The position numbers and the translations under genes were made by a program. DNA of 64,000 nucleotides from Oceanispirochaeta sp. (lineage in GTDB: Bacteria > Spirochaetota > Spirochaetia > DSM-2461), in assembly GCA_963666275.2 (NCBI GenBank), contig CAXXOA010000001.1, positions 512,001-576,000 on the forward strand, in the 5' to 3' direction. Position 1 is the stretch's first letter. Each line of letters begins with the position of its first letter. Shown piece after piece: positions 47,472 through 57,945 of this stretch. The notes below the pieces were generated by a model. It was not told the origin of the DNA. It did no database searches and was given only the letters and a program-made list of their open reading frames with translations.

Positions 47472-48971
47472 CTATGCCTCCTGAACATCAGATGCCATTT
47501 TCAAAATTGTATTCTGATCAAAGTCTTTTTTTTGTAATTCACCGGTGATTCTGCCCTCTGCGAATACAACGATTCTGTCGGACATACCGATCAGTTCCTC
47601 CATTTCCGATGAAATGAGAAGAACGGTTTTTCCTATTTCAACAAGCTGGTTTATGAGCTTGTAAATCTCGAACTTGGCTCCCACGTCGATACCTCTGGTG
47701 GGTTCGTCCAGGATTATCAGTTCCGAGTTTGCCGCCAGCCATTTTCCGAGGATAACTTTCTGCTGGTTTCCACCGCTCAGGTTTTTTACATTCTGCTGAA
47801 TCGTGGGTGTTTTGATGAGCAGTTCTTTTCTGTATTTTTCCGTCACAGAGGCTTCTTTGCATTCATCGATATAAGACAGCTTGGAAATACTCTTGTAGAT
47901 AGGCATATTGATGTTGTTTTTGACTGAAACACCCAGCAGGGCGCCGTGCCTTTTTCTGTCTTCCGGAACAAGGGCTATTCCCATATCGATGGCTTCTCTG
48001 GGGGATTTGGGATTCACCTCTTTTCCCTTGAAAAAGAACTGACCCTCTGTTTTCTGAACCGCACCGAATATCATCTGAGCCATTTCTGTCCGTCCGGCAC
48101 CAACCAGACCGCCCAGGCCCAGAACTTCTCCCTTGTGGATCTTGAGATTGACGTTGTGATTCCCGTTTCCCGTAACATTTTTTGCCTCGAAAATCACTTC
48201 TTTTTTCAGTGCGATGGATTCTCTGGCGGGGAAGGTATCCTTCAGTTCCCGTCCAACCATCAGCTGTATCAGTTCGTCTACTGTACTCTCCGCTGTCTGC
48301 AGAGTATCAATGTACTCCCCATCCCGGAGGACAACAATTCTGCTTGAGAGTCTGAAAATCTCTTCCAGTCTGTGAGAAATATAAACAATGGAAACCCCTC
48401 TGGATTTCAGAAGGTCACAGACTTTAAAAAGGCTCTGTACTTCAGCATTCGTCAGAGGCGCGGAAGGTTCATCCATGATCAGGACTTTTGCATCCTGCTG
48501 TATCGCTTTGGCAATTTCGATCATCTGCTGATATCCCACAGTCAGATCGCCTACCAGAGCTTTGGGGTCGATTTTGATATTCAGCTGAGCAAAGGCTTTT
48601 TCCGCTTCCGCTTCCATAGCCTTGCGGTCAATAAAAATCCCCTTTCTGATAGGATCGCCCAGGAACAGGTTTTCAGCTGCGGAAAGCTCACTAACATTGT
48701 TGAATTCCTGATAGATTATGGCTATCCCGTTCTCTTTGGCCAGCTGGGGGGTCATTTCTGTATGTTCCTGACCATTGATTATAATCTTTCCGGAAGTGGG
48801 GATTACCGCTCCGGAGCAGGTTTTAATCAATGTAGACTTGCCCGCACCGTTCTCACCGATCAGTCCCAGGATTTCACCCGGTTTGACCTGAAGAGTCACA
48901 TTTTTCAGTGCAACAACTCCCGGATACTCTTTTCTAATATTTTTTAATTCCAGTACATAGTCTTCACTCAT
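47472..48971 (-). CDS. Sugar ABC transporter ATP-binding protein
   Basis: GENGAGKST, LSGGNQQK, DEPTRGIDVGAK. Confidence 0.96.
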   Translation of the reverse strand: MSEDYVLELKNIRKEYPGVVALKNVTLQVKPGEILGLIGENGAGKSTLIKTCSGAVIPTSGKIIINGQEHTEMTPQLAKENGIAIIYQEFNNVSELSAAENLFLGDPIRKGIFIDRKAMEAEAEKAFAQLNIKIDPKALVGDLTVGYQQMIEIAKAIQQDAKVLIMDEPSAPLTNAEVQSLFKVCDLLKSRGVSIVYISHRLEEIFRLSSRIVVLRDGEYIDTLQTAESTVDELIQLMVGRELKDTFPARESIALKKEVIFEAKNVTGNGNHNVNLKIHKGEVLGLGGLVGAGRTEMAQMIFGAVQKTEGQFFFKGKEVNPKSPREAIDMGIALVPEDRKRHGALLGVSVKNNINMPIYKSISKLSYIDECKEASVTEKYRKELLIKTPTIQQNVKNLSGGNQQKVILGKWLAANSELIILDEPTRGIDVGAKFEIYKLINQLVEIGKTVLLISSEMEELIGMSDRIVVFAEGRITGELQKKDFDQNTILKMASDVQEA

Positions 48972-49059
48972 GGCATTCCTTCCATAGAATTAAGAACCAG
49001 CCGTTACGGTTACCCGCAACGGCTGTCTCTTTATTACCTATAAATTAAGGGTTCGAATC

Positions 49060-50025
49060 TTATTTATAGTCAGCCAGGTATTCGTCAGCGTTATCAGCAT
49101 TGATTACCAGGAGAGGTCTGAAGATGTTCTGATCTGCGAAGGTTTCTCCCATCATCAGTTTTTCATAGAGGGCTACACAGGCCTCAGCGGTTTTCTTGTT
49201 GGATCCTTCGAATCCGACAGAAGCTCTTGTTGCTTCGCCGTTTACGATGGCTTCCAGCTGCTGCTGAGTTGCGTCAGCAGAGAAGATACCTACGTCAGAA
49301 GGAATCTTTCCACCCAGTTTGGACATATAGGCTTCGTTGGCTCCGATGTCTCCACCGGCTCCGATAGAACATACAACTTTTACATCGGGATTAGCCTGGA
49401 AAATAGATTCCATGTTAGCCAGTCCGGTTGCGGCATCAAGAGCAGGCTGCTGAGCAACAACTTCGTATTTACCAGCGGCATTTTCTTTCAGACCCGCCAG
49501 GATTCCATTTTCTCTTTCAAGAAGGATGGGAGTCTGGGGATAGTTCATGATAGCAATCTGTGCTTTGTTGGATGCAGAGTAGTTCTCATTAACAAATCCG
49601 GCAGCGGCTGTTCCGATTACATGACCGAGTTCTGTGTTGTCCAGTACCCAGTTCACATCGGTGTTTTTCATTTTGTCATCCCAGCACATTACTTTAATGC
49701 CCTGATCCCTGGCGGTTGCAAGATAGTCTTCCAGTGCGTTGGGGTCAGAAGGATGAACCATGATCAGGTCAACCTGGTTTGTGATGAAGTTCTCAATCTG
49801 CTGAATCTGTGTGGCAGAATTATCTTTACAGCTGAGAATGGTATAGTCCCAGCCCTTTGCTTCCATCAATGTTTCTACTTCTCCGAAAACACCGGCCCAG
49901 TAGCTGTTTTCCAGAGACTGAATGGTAATTCCCACTTTCAATGTATCAGAATCTTCACTCTGTCCATTGGCAAATACGGTAAAACTCATGGCCAATGCCA
50001 GTACTAAAGTCAAAACCTTTTTCAT
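49060..50025 (-). CDS. Sugar ABC transporter substrate-binding protein
   Basis: Signal peptide (FANGQSED), type I periplasmic binding fold; GGAGGAG RBS. Confidence 0.92.
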   Translation of the reverse strand: MKKVLTLVLALAMSFTVFANGQSEDSDTLKVGITIQSLENSYWAGVFGEVETLMEAKGWDYTILSCKDNSATQIQQIENFITNQVDLIMVHPSDPNALEDYLATARDQGIKVMCWDDKMKNTDVNWVLDNTELGHVIGTAAAGFVNENYSASNKAQIAIMNYPQTPILLERENGILAGLKENAAGKYEVVAQQPALDAATGLANMESIFQANPDVKVVCSIGAGGDIGANEAYMSKLGGKIPSDVGIFSADATQQQLEAIVNGEATRASVGFEGSNKKTAEACVALYEKLMMGETFADQNIFRPLLVINADNADEYLADYK

Positions 50026-50326
50026 TTAATTCTCCTCCGATAATTTTTTTAAAAAATGACAAGTTTTAAAAATCTCTTTTTACAAGCAGAGATCTTATTG
50101 ACAATTTTTAAATACGTTCCGGCTTGTCTGCCTACTCATCTTTTAAAAAGTAGAGTTTTAGAAAACCTTCCTTTGAAAACTGAACAGAAACTTAAAATCT
50201 GTATTCCTTTTGACAGGGACAGAACGTTTCTGTTTCACCTCCTTTTTAAGGGTTCTCCTGCAGTATAGTTCCTTCGGGGGGATCCACTTCCTGAAGCACT
50301 ATAATCGCCGTTTAAATAAATTATTA

Positions 50327-50383
50327 AGTTTTATAAAACTGTTTTATGAAACTCATGCTATTATCATAATTCCCAGTTGTCAA
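50327..50383 (-). promoter_or_regulatory. Promoter (TTGACA-N17-TAGCAT) and 27-bp ROK-type operator palindrome
   Basis: AGTTTTATAAAACTGTTTTATGAAACT (50327-50353), near-perfect palindrome over the expected +1. Confidence 0.65.
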
Positions 50384-50579
50384 CATTTTTTTTAAAAAAG
50401 TTTTAGGGGCCTTAATGGCTGTAAATACCTATAATAATGTAAGATAAAAAAATATCGATTGAAGTATTTCCTCTTTCTTCCTCTTTTATCCTTGACAAAT
50501 AAAAGCTTTGATACATATTGTATATGTAATTAAGTAAAGTGATTTTATATAATAGAAATATAAAAAGGAAGGAAGAGTG

Positions 50580-51356
50580 ATGGGAATCATTGAAAAGATG
50601 CGCCTTGACGGCAAAGTCTCCTTTGTTACCGGAGGAGCCAGAGGTATAGGAAAAGCAGTGGCAACTGCCCTTGCAGAAGCGGGAAGCAATCTTGCTATTG
50701 TTGATATTGATATTACAGAAGCGGAAAAAACAGCTTCATCCATCCGGGAATCCCTGGGTGTGGAAGCCATCGCCATAAAAGCGGATGCCACAAAACAGGA
50801 AGATGTCGATGCCATGATGAAGACCATCCTGGATAAATTCGGAAAACTCGATGCGGCTTTCTGCAATGCCGGAATCTGCATGAATATTCCCTCTGAAGAG
50901 ATGACTCTGGATCAGTGGAGAAAAGTCATTGATATAAACCTGACAGGGGTATTCCTGACATCCCAGGCCGCGGCAAAACAGATGCTGAAGCAGGGTTACG
51001 GTTCCATCGTCAATACAGCCTCCATGTCCGGACACATTGTCAATGTACCTCAGCCCCAGTGCTCCTATAATGCCTCAAAAGCCGGTGTTATCCAGCTGAC
51101 AAAATCCATGGCAGTGGAATATGCCAAGAGGGGAGTGCGGGTCAACAGCATCAGTCCCGGATATATAGGAACAGAGCTCACCCTTAACTCTCCCGATCTG
51201 AAACCCCTGATTGCCAAATGGAATGAAATGGCTCCCATGGGACGGATGGGAAAACCTGAAGAACTGCAGTCTATCGCTGTATACCTTGCGGGTGATACCA
51301 GCTCTTTTACCACTGGTTCCGATTTTATAGTGGACGGAGCTTTCACCTGTTTCTGA
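50580..51356 (+). CDS. SDR-family polyol dehydrogenase / ketose reductase
   Basis: TGGARGIG, CNAG, ASMSGHIVNVPQPQCSYNASKAG, typical of D-arabitol dehydrogenase / L-xylulose reductase-like SDRs. Confidence 0.88.
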   Translation: MGIIEKMRLDGKVSFVTGGARGIGKAVATALAEAGSNLAIVDIDITEAEKTASSIRESLGVEAIAIKADATKQEDVDAMMKTILDKFGKLDAAFCNAGICMNIPSEEMTLDQWRKVIDINLTGVFLTSQAAAKQMLKQGYGSIVNTASMSGHIVNVPQPQCSYNASKAGVIQLTKSMAVEYAKRGVRVNSISPGYIGTELTLNSPDLKPLIAKWNEMAPMGRMGKPEELQSIAVYLAGDTSSFTTGSDFIVDGAFTCF

Positions 51357-51380
51357 TTTTCTGATAATGCAATAATTACA

Positions 51381-51436
51381 ATGCCTGCAGAATCGGTTTT
51401 TTCCTCCTATCGGACCGGCTCTGCAGGCATGCTTTT
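51381..51436 (+). terminator. Stem-loop after the SDR gene
   Basis: ATGCCTGCAGA...TCTGCAGGCAT followed by GCTTTT. Confidence 0.6.
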
Positions 51437-51623
51437 AACCATACAGATGGTTTCTACTCCGGGCAGATCAATTATCTGGCCACAATTTGTGGTACTTTTG
51501 TAAGATCTTCTGTATAATTATTCACAGAAAATCTGAAATAGTCATATAAAAAACGATCCTTTGGTTTTGAGTGGTTATATTCGAAGAGAACAATTAACTT
51601 ACAAAAGTAATGAACTGGACTGA

Positions 51624-52745
51624 ATGAAAAACATAACTGTTTCCGACATCAAAAAGAATAATCTCACCCTTATATATAACCTTATATATTCCAGCGGCAA
51701 AATATCCAAACAGGAGATCGCCTCCCATCTCAATCTCAGCCTTCCCACGGTGACACAGAAGATTGTCAAACTGGAGGAAAAGGGCCTTGTGATCAAAGAA
51801 GGCTATTTTGAATCTTCCGTAGGACGGAGGGCTGTGGCCTACTCTATCCGTTCGAACGCCAGGATTGCCATCGGCGTGGGGATTCATCAGAATCAGGTCC
51901 GAATTCTCAGTATCGATCTGAAGGGGGAAGTCTGCGGAACTAGCCGTTTTGACATTCCCTATGCAAACCGGGAAGAGTACTACAAAGAGGTAGCCTACAA
52001 GATCAAGGATTTTATTCTGGAACAGAACTATCTGCTCGATCAGATCCTGGGAATCGGTTTTGCCATTCAGGGACTGACTTCGGTGGACGGCCAGAAAATT
52101 ACCTACGGGGATACACTGGGGTATACGGGATTGGATATTTCGGCCTTCTCCCGCTATCTGAACTCCCACTGTGCTTTTTTTCATGATGCCAAATGCGCGG
52201 CGGAAACAGAACTCTGGGTCAATGACAGCATTAGCAATGCCCTTTACCTTTCTGTGGGAAATCATCTGGGCGGAGCCATGATTGCCAACGGAAAAGTCTG
52301 GATGGGCGAGAACGGTCATTGCGGCGCGGCCGAACACATGCAGCTTGTTCCGGACGGCCGGGAGTGCTACTGCGGTGCCAGAGGCTGTATTGAAACCTAC
52401 TGCTCCCTGGGGGCACTGCTGAACCCGCAGGAAAAAATAGGAGACTTCTTTGAAGTTCTCCGTCAGGGGGATGCCGAACATATGAGGCGCTGGGATGAGT
52501 TCCTCAACTATCTGTCCAACGCCCTCAATAATCTGCATATTCTTCTGGATACGCCTGTCATACTGGGGGGGGAAATCTCCCACTTTCTGGTTCAGGAGGA
52601 CCTGGAGAAGCTTCAGGACCTGACCACAAGACGGGTTGTCTTTTCCAACAGGGAAAATTTCATTCAGGTGAGTCTCTATCCGAAAGACTCTATCTCCGTG
52701 GGGGCAGCGCTCCATTATATCCAGGACTTTATCAATCAGATCTGA
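51624..52745 (+). CDS. ROK-family transcriptional repressor (XylR-like)
   Basis: N-terminal HTH (SKQEIASHLNLSLPTV), SSVGRR, GAAEH...CYCGARGCIETY Zn motif. Confidence 0.93.
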   Translation: MKNITVSDIKKNNLTLIYNLIYSSGKISKQEIASHLNLSLPTVTQKIVKLEEKGLVIKEGYFESSVGRRAVAYSIRSNARIAIGVGIHQNQVRILSIDLKGEVCGTSRFDIPYANREEYYKEVAYKIKDFILEQNYLLDQILGIGFAIQGLTSVDGQKITYGDTLGYTGLDISAFSRYLNSHCAFFHDAKCAAETELWVNDSISNALYLSVGNHLGGAMIANGKVWMGENGHCGAAEHMQLVPDGRECYCGARGCIETYCSLGALLNPQEKIGDFFEVLRQGDAEHMRRWDEFLNYLSNALNNLHILLDTPVILGGEISHFLVQEDLEKLQDLTTRRVVFSNRENFIQVSLYPKDSISVGAALHYIQDFINQI

Positions 52746-52819
52746 TTGAAACGACTATTGCCCCGATACTTCAGGTTCTGTAAGGTATTCCTATACAGAC
52801 TGAGTAAGGATTCTTTTCA

Positions 52820-53434
52820 ATGATACTATTTCTTCAGCTATGGGGCGGGCTCTTCTATCTTATCAATAAAATTCTTTTTTCTCTGGCCGAAAACCTGAGT
52901 TTTTCTCTGAGAAGGCGCTTTCGTATCGTCTCCTGGATTCTTTATATTCTGGGAGTTCCCGCCTGGGTCGTGATCCTTGTGCTGAAACACAACTGGATCG
53001 CCGCATCCATCGAAGCCGGCGGTATACCGGCCATGATTTTCGGTCTGTCCAAGGATCTCCGTCCGAAAAGCACCGCTAGCCGGCGGCTCGATCTGCTGGC
53101 CAGCGGATTCACCTATCTGTTTATAATCCTGGGAGTTGGTTACAGTTTTATGGATTTCGGCGGAATCCGTTCTCTTTCCCAGGTTCTGGAAATCCTGGTT
53201 ACGATAGGATTTCTTGCGGGAAGTTACTTTATGGCCAAAGGCAGATCTGCGGGATGGCTTTTCTTTATGCTTATGAACGGCAGTATGGGATATCTTATGT
53301 ATATTCAGGGGCATCCTCTTCTAACTCTGCAACAGGTAATTTCCTTCTGTTTCGTTGTTTATGGGTACACGACAGTTTTGAGAACCTCTTCGGGAAACTG
53401 CGGGATACCGGAAAAAGCAGGACCGGATAACTGA
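52820..53434 (+). CDS. Membrane protein, PnuC-like
   Basis: About 7 hydrophobic helices with an internal 3-TM repeat (GSYFMAKGRSAGWLFFM...QQ...YGY). Confidence 0.55.
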   Translation: MILFLQLWGGLFYLINKILFSLAENLSFSLRRRFRIVSWILYILGVPAWVVILVLKHNWIAASIEAGGIPAMIFGLSKDLRPKSTASRRLDLLASGFTYLFIILGVGYSFMDFGGIRSLSQVLEILVTIGFLAGSYFMAKGRSAGWLFFMLMNGSMGYLMYIQGHPLLTLQQVISFCFVVYGYTTVLRTSSGNCGIPEKAGPDN

Positions 53435-53475
53435 AGATTCCGGTTTCTGAAGTTGTCGATGAAAAGGAGAAAGGT

Positions 53476-53844
53476 ATGAATTATTTATGGACCACGATCC
53501 ACGTGTCCGATATGGACGCATCACTGGAATTCTATCGGGATTTTCTGGGGCTTGAACTTATGGAAAGAGTCAACCCTGCAGAAGGGATTGAGCTGGCATT
53601 TCTGGGCAGCGGGGAGACTCGTGTTGAACTGATCAGGAGGGAAGGGGAAGGGACTCCCGCCTTTGGGAAAAGTCTCTCCATGGGCTTTCAGACTGCGTCC
53701 CTTGAGGCGGCAATGAAAGAACTGGAAAACCGGAAGATCCCGGTCCTGGAAGGGCCCAATCAGCCCGGCCCGGGTATCCGTTTTCTCTACATCCGGGATC
53801 CCGACGGGATGAAAATTCAGCTTGTGGAACTGCTGAACCAGTGA
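53476..53844 (+). CDS. VOC/glyoxalase-family protein (lactoylglutathione lyase-like)
   Basis: IHVSDMDASLEFYRDFLG, VELI, YIRDPDGMKIQLVE. Confidence 0.9.
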   Translation: MNYLWTTIHVSDMDASLEFYRDFLGLELMERVNPAEGIELAFLGSGETRVELIRREGEGTPAFGKSLSMGFQTASLEAAMKELENRKIPVLEGPNQPGPGIRFLYIRDPDGMKIQLVELLNQ

Positions 53845-53926
53845 ATCGAGAATGATTTTTTATCTGTAACCGCTGGCTGATAAATTGCTTTCCTGAGTAT
53901 ACTATTCCTGTCAGGGAGAATTAATT

Positions 53927-54832
53927 ATGTACATCCGGAAAAGTCTGTCAGCCTTCATTTCATTCCTTTTATTTTTCTGTGTTCTGCCCCTATCTGCCCA
54001 GTTCGGGGGATCCCGGGGAGGCAGCGGCCCCATTGCCACCGCCGGCTCCGGCGGATCCGGGAGGGGCATTACCGTCGGAGGAAGGATCACACCCTACAGG
54101 AAAATAAGTCATACCTTTTCGGTGGACGGCTATGTGGATGCCCTCCTGGTCTCTCCGGGAGACAGGATAAAAGCTGGGGATCCTCTGATCCGTTTAACCC
54201 GGGATGTGGTGGGGGAAACCTATAAGCCCGTCATTCTGGAATCCCGCATTGACGGGATTGTTTCAGAAGTTCATGTCTATGAAAGCCAGCAGGTTTCATC
54301 GGGTACCCCGGGAGTCACGGTTCTGGATGACCGCTTTTTTCTGCTGGAGGCCAGTTTGAGCGACAGGGATGCCCGGGCTGTCCGCAGTATGATGGGCTTT
54401 CCTGTGACAGGAGTCTCTCCCGAAGGAGACGGATTCTCCGGTAAAATCCGGGACATAACTACCGAACCGGATTATTCCACAGGCCTTTTCACCCTGACAA
54501 TGCAGTTTCCTCCCCGGGCGGGACTCTATCTGGGAACCGTCCTTTTTGTGGATCTTCCCGTGGAGAAAGCATCGGGTATCACCATAGAAAGAACCGCCCT
54601 CATTCCGGAGCAGCCGGAGCCGGCGGTCTGGGTTTTCAATAGCCAGGGGCTCCTGGAGATGCGGCAGGTTACTGCCGGACCGGAAAAGGAAGATAAAATA
54701 GAGATATCCCTGGGGATTTCCGAGGGGGAACAGTATGTCCGTCTGCCCGATGGACGGGAAGCCGAGGGGATGAGTGTCCGGGAGCTGATCCAGTCAAGAA
54801 TGGCCGGGAACGGTTCCCAGGGTGACCGCTGA
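53927..54832 (+). CDS. RND periplasmic adaptor lacking the alpha-hairpin (BesA-like)
   Basis: Lipoyl halves VSPGDRIKAGDPL and ESRIDGIVSEV joined by only about 12 residues; C-terminal membrane-proximal motif; precedes RND and TolC genes. Confidence 0.8.
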   Translation: MYIRKSLSAFISFLLFFCVLPLSAQFGGSRGGSGPIATAGSGGSGRGITVGGRITPYRKISHTFSVDGYVDALLVSPGDRIKAGDPLIRLTRDVVGETYKPVILESRIDGIVSEVHVYESQQVSSGTPGVTVLDDRFFLLEASLSDRDARAVRSMMGFPVTGVSPEGDGFSGKIRDITTEPDYSTGLFTLTMQFPPRAGLYLGTVLFVDLPVEKASGITIERTALIPEQPEPAVWVFNSQGLLEMRQVTAGPEKEDKIEISLGISEGEQYVRLPDGREAEGMSVRELIQSRMAGNGSQGDR

Positions 54833-57800
54833 TGCTAGATTTTCTTTTCCGTAAATCTACCGGTTTTTTCCTTCTTGTTATTCTTCTGATCGCGACGGGA
54901 GTGATAGTCCTTTTAAGGCTTCCGGTTATGATGTATCCCCAGACCAGGCGTCCCCAGGTGATGGTGCAGTTCAGTCATCCCGGAATTTCCGCTGTAGATT
55001 TTCAGGACCAGTATGCCGAATCCATCGAAAACAGCCTGATGTCCCTCTCTGATCTGGATCTTCTGGAAACCACCTATTCCACCGACTCCAGCCGGTTCGG
55101 CCTGACTTTCAACTGGAATGTGGAGAGTGATGAAGCCCGGACGGAAGTGGAAAACCTGATGGTCACGGTAAACGCCACTCTTCCAACGGTCATTCAGGAT
55201 TCCTATTCGGTCAGGTACTGGCAGGGGGAGAATGCGGGGTACCTTGTAATGGGACTCACTTCCGAGACGACCCCTTCGGAAGAGCTCTATTACACTCTGA
55301 AGAACAATATTGAGCCCCGGCTGATGAAAATAGAAGATCTGGAGGAGATCGGCTTCTACAATACAAGGCGTCTGATTGTGGAGATCCAGCTGGAGCAGCT
55401 GAAAATGCTCTCCTACGGGATTACAATCAGTGATGTCAATACGGCGCTCCAGTCAGGATTTCTTCCTCAACCCCTGGGATCTCTGGATACGGGGGACGAC
55501 AGATTGAGTATCCGTCTGGAGAGGAATGAAAAAAGCCTGGATCAGCTCTCCCGGCTGGAGATCAAACAGGTGGGGAACTCCCGGATTACCCTGGACGATA
55601 TCGCTCAGCTGGATATCCGCTATACCCTGCCGGAACGGGTTTTCCTTGTGAAAGGGGAGCCGGCGGTTCAGCTCACCGCCACGCCGGAAGAGGGCGGGAA
55701 TGTGAATACCATGACCCGGCAGATCGAGGAAATTCTCCAGCAGGGGATCGACGAGGGACTGATACCGGGGGATACAGAAATGTCCCTGTATCTGGATCCG
55801 GCCAAGTACATAAGCAAATCCATCCAGAATGTGGTACAGGCCGCCCTCATCGGAGGACTTCTGGCTGTGACTGTTGTTTTCCTGATCCTGGGAGAGTGGA
55901 AAAATACTCTGCTGATTGCGGCATCCCTCCCTGTTACAATCATTATCAGTTTTCTCTTTATGCAGGTCTTCGGGGTTTCCATTAATCTGATCTCTCTGGG
56001 AGGTCTGGCTCTGGCCGTGGGCATGATTGTGGACTCTACCATCGTTGTGATGGAGAATATTCACCGTCACCGACTGGAATCGGAAGGGGCGGGCAGAATC
56101 CTGCAGTGGCGTAAAATTGTTATTGATGCGGTGGATCAGGTAAGGTCCCCGGTGATCGCCTCCACCCTGACGTCTGTGCTTGTCTTTCTTCCCATATCCT
56201 TTACGGCCCCTCTGACCAACGCCATTCTGGGGGATCAGGCCAGAACCGTTGTATTTGCTCTTATGGGCTCTCTGCTTGTTTCGCTCACCCTGGTTCCGGT
56301 ACTGGCTTTCTATGCCTTTCTGGGGCATCAGACGAAAGGCCCCATGGGGAAGCGGCTTAAAAAAAGGGATGAGAAGATCTTTCAGGGGCTGGGGAATCTT
56401 TACGGAACCAGTCTCCACTGGATCCTGAGGAAAAAGCGCAGGGCCGCCGGATTTCTTGTGGCGGCTTTCGGCATCCTGATTGTCTCGCTGCTGCTTGTTA
56501 TGCCCCGGATCCCCAGAGAAATTATTGCCACTCCCACATCGGACAGGGTTGTCCTCTTTTTCCGGAATTCAGAAATCTCCGATCCTGAAGTGTATATGAA
56601 TGAAATAATCCCCGAGATGAATGCCAAAATAGATGAAGCTGTGGGAGACCTGCTTTCAGAAAAGTTTGCCAATCTCTACGGACGGTTCAATCAGTATTTT
56701 CTGGACCTTCACAGTTCCGAGTACACCGAAGAGGCCATTGCCCGGCTTCAGGAGGTTTTTGTCTCCGAAGGGGACTGGTACTACAATGTGATGGCCTGGG
56801 ATCCGGCGGCTCTGCCTCTGCCCCGGAGTTTTGATTTTCAGATGAGCCTTTTCGGGCCGGATCCTCAGGTAAAAGTGGAGCTTCTGGCATCCATACAGAC
56901 CCTCCTGAATGAGGAGGAGATCTTCCGCCGGACCTTTACGGAACCCTCATCGTCCATTGTCAGGCAGCTGAATCTGAAGTCCCGGGAAGAGACTATCGAC
57001 AGTTTTTCCGGGCTCTCCGAATCCTCCCTGACCCAGCTGATCAGGCGTGTACTCAACGGAACCTCCACCATTACCCTTTCCGAGGATTCGGAAGATGTGG
57101 ACATCTCCGCCTCCTATCCGGAGGATCTTGTGAACTCCCGTCAGAAACTGGAAGACTTCCTGGTTCCCTGGGAGCAGCAGTTCATACCGCTCAAACACTT
57201 TTTCAACTTCAGCGAAACCAGCGGGGTTTCCCAGGTTTACAGCGAAAACGGCGAACCCGCCTTCCGGATCTACGGACTGGCGGGATTCCGGATCAGTGAC
57301 AGTAAAAGGCTGGAGATGCAGCAGCAGGCTCAGGCCTATCTGGAGGAGAACCTTGTCCTTCCCGAAGGATACAGCTATACCTTCGACAATCCCCGTATCG
57401 AGATGGACAGCGCCATACGGTCCCTCTTTGTGGCCCTGGCTATTTCTGTGGTGCTGATCTACCTGCTCCTGGCCTTCCAGTTCAACTCCCTATGGATCCC
57501 CCTGGTGATTCTTGTGACCATCCCTCTGGGGTTTGTGGGGGTTGTTTTCAGCCTCTGGCTCTTCAAATCCACCCTGAACCTGAACTCCCTTCTGGGAACC
57601 ATTCTTCTGGGCGGGATTGTTGTGAATAATGCGATTATCCTGATTGATTTCTATCTGAAATCCAGGCTGGAGTTCAGCGACTACAGAGAGGCGCTGATCC
57701 ATGCCGCCCGGATCCGTTTCCAGCCTATTATCATTACCACCATGACTACCATTTTCGGTATGCTCCCCCTGGCTATCGGCCTGGGAGAGGGATCCAATAT

Positions 57801-57945
57801 CCTTCAGCCCCTGGGAATCGCCGTATCGGGAGGGCTGCTTGTTTCGACTCTGATGGCTCTTTATGCGGTTCCCTCCCTGCTGGTTCTGACCCACAGCAAC
57901 AGAAAGTCTCACCACCACAAAGAAAGGGATATGCTCCATGAATAA
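54832..57945 (+). CDS. RND efflux permease (HAE1/AcrB-like)
   Basis: TM4 GMIVDSTIVVMENI, TM10 GIVVNNAIIL, RFQPIIITT, QPLGIAVSGG. Confidence 0.93.
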   Translation: MLDFLFRKSTGFFLLVILLIATGVIVLLRLPVMMYPQTRRPQVMVQFSHPGISAVDFQDQYAESIENSLMSLSDLDLLETTYSTDSSRFGLTFNWNVESDEARTEVENLMVTVNATLPTVIQDSYSVRYWQGENAGYLVMGLTSETTPSEELYYTLKNNIEPRLMKIEDLEEIGFYNTRRLIVEIQLEQLKMLSYGITISDVNTALQSGFLPQPLGSLDTGDDRLSIRLERNEKSLDQLSRLEIKQVGNSRITLDDIAQLDIRYTLPERVFLVKGEPAVQLTATPEEGGNVNTMTRQIEEILQQGIDEGLIPGDTEMSLYLDPAKYISKSIQNVVQAALIGGLLAVTVVFLILGEWKNTLLIAASLPVTIIISFLFMQVFGVSINLISLGGLALAVGMIVDSTIVVMENIHRHRLESEGAGRILQWRKIVIDAVDQVRSPVIASTLTSVLVFLPISFTAPLTNAILGDQARTVVFALMGSLLVSLTLVPVLAFYAFLGHQTKGPMGKRLKKRDEKIFQGLGNLYGTSLHWILRKKRRAAGFLVAAFGILIVSLLLVMPRIPREIIATPTSDRVVLFFRNSEISDPEVYMNEIIPEMNAKIDEAVGDLLSEKFANLYGRFNQYFLDLHSSEYTEEAIARLQEVFVSEGDWYYNVMAWDPAALPLPRSFDFQMSLFGPDPQVKVELLASIQTLLNEEEIFRRTFTEPSSSIVRQLNLKSREETIDSFSGLSESSLTQLIRRVLNGTSTITLSEDSEDVDISASYPEDLVNSRQKLEDFLVPWEQQFIPLKHFFNFSETSGVSQVYSENGEPAFRIYGLAGFRISDSKRLEMQQQAQAYLEENLVLPEGYSYTFDNPRIEMDSAIRSLFVALAISVVLIYLLLAFQFNSLWIPLVILVTIPLGFVGVVFSLWLFKSTLNLNSLLGTILLGGIVVNNAIILIDFYLKSRLEFSDYREALIHAARIRFQPIIITTMTTIFGMLPLAIGLGEGSNILQPLGIAVSGGLLVSTLMALYAVPSLLVLTHSNRKSHHHKERDMLHE

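Noticed and set aside
51508..51529. TTCTGTATAATTATTCACAGAA as a Rex or CRP site upstream of the ROK gene
   Set aside because: Two mismatches in one half-site, it overlaps a likely TATAAT -10 box, and there is no second copy in the window
55453..56418. Long antisense or alternate-frame ORFs (for example 55453-56418, 51594-52715, 13318-14157, 45589-46350, 29752-30366)
   Set aside because: They lie opposite well-supported genes, lack RBS and motifs, and are expected shadow ORFs
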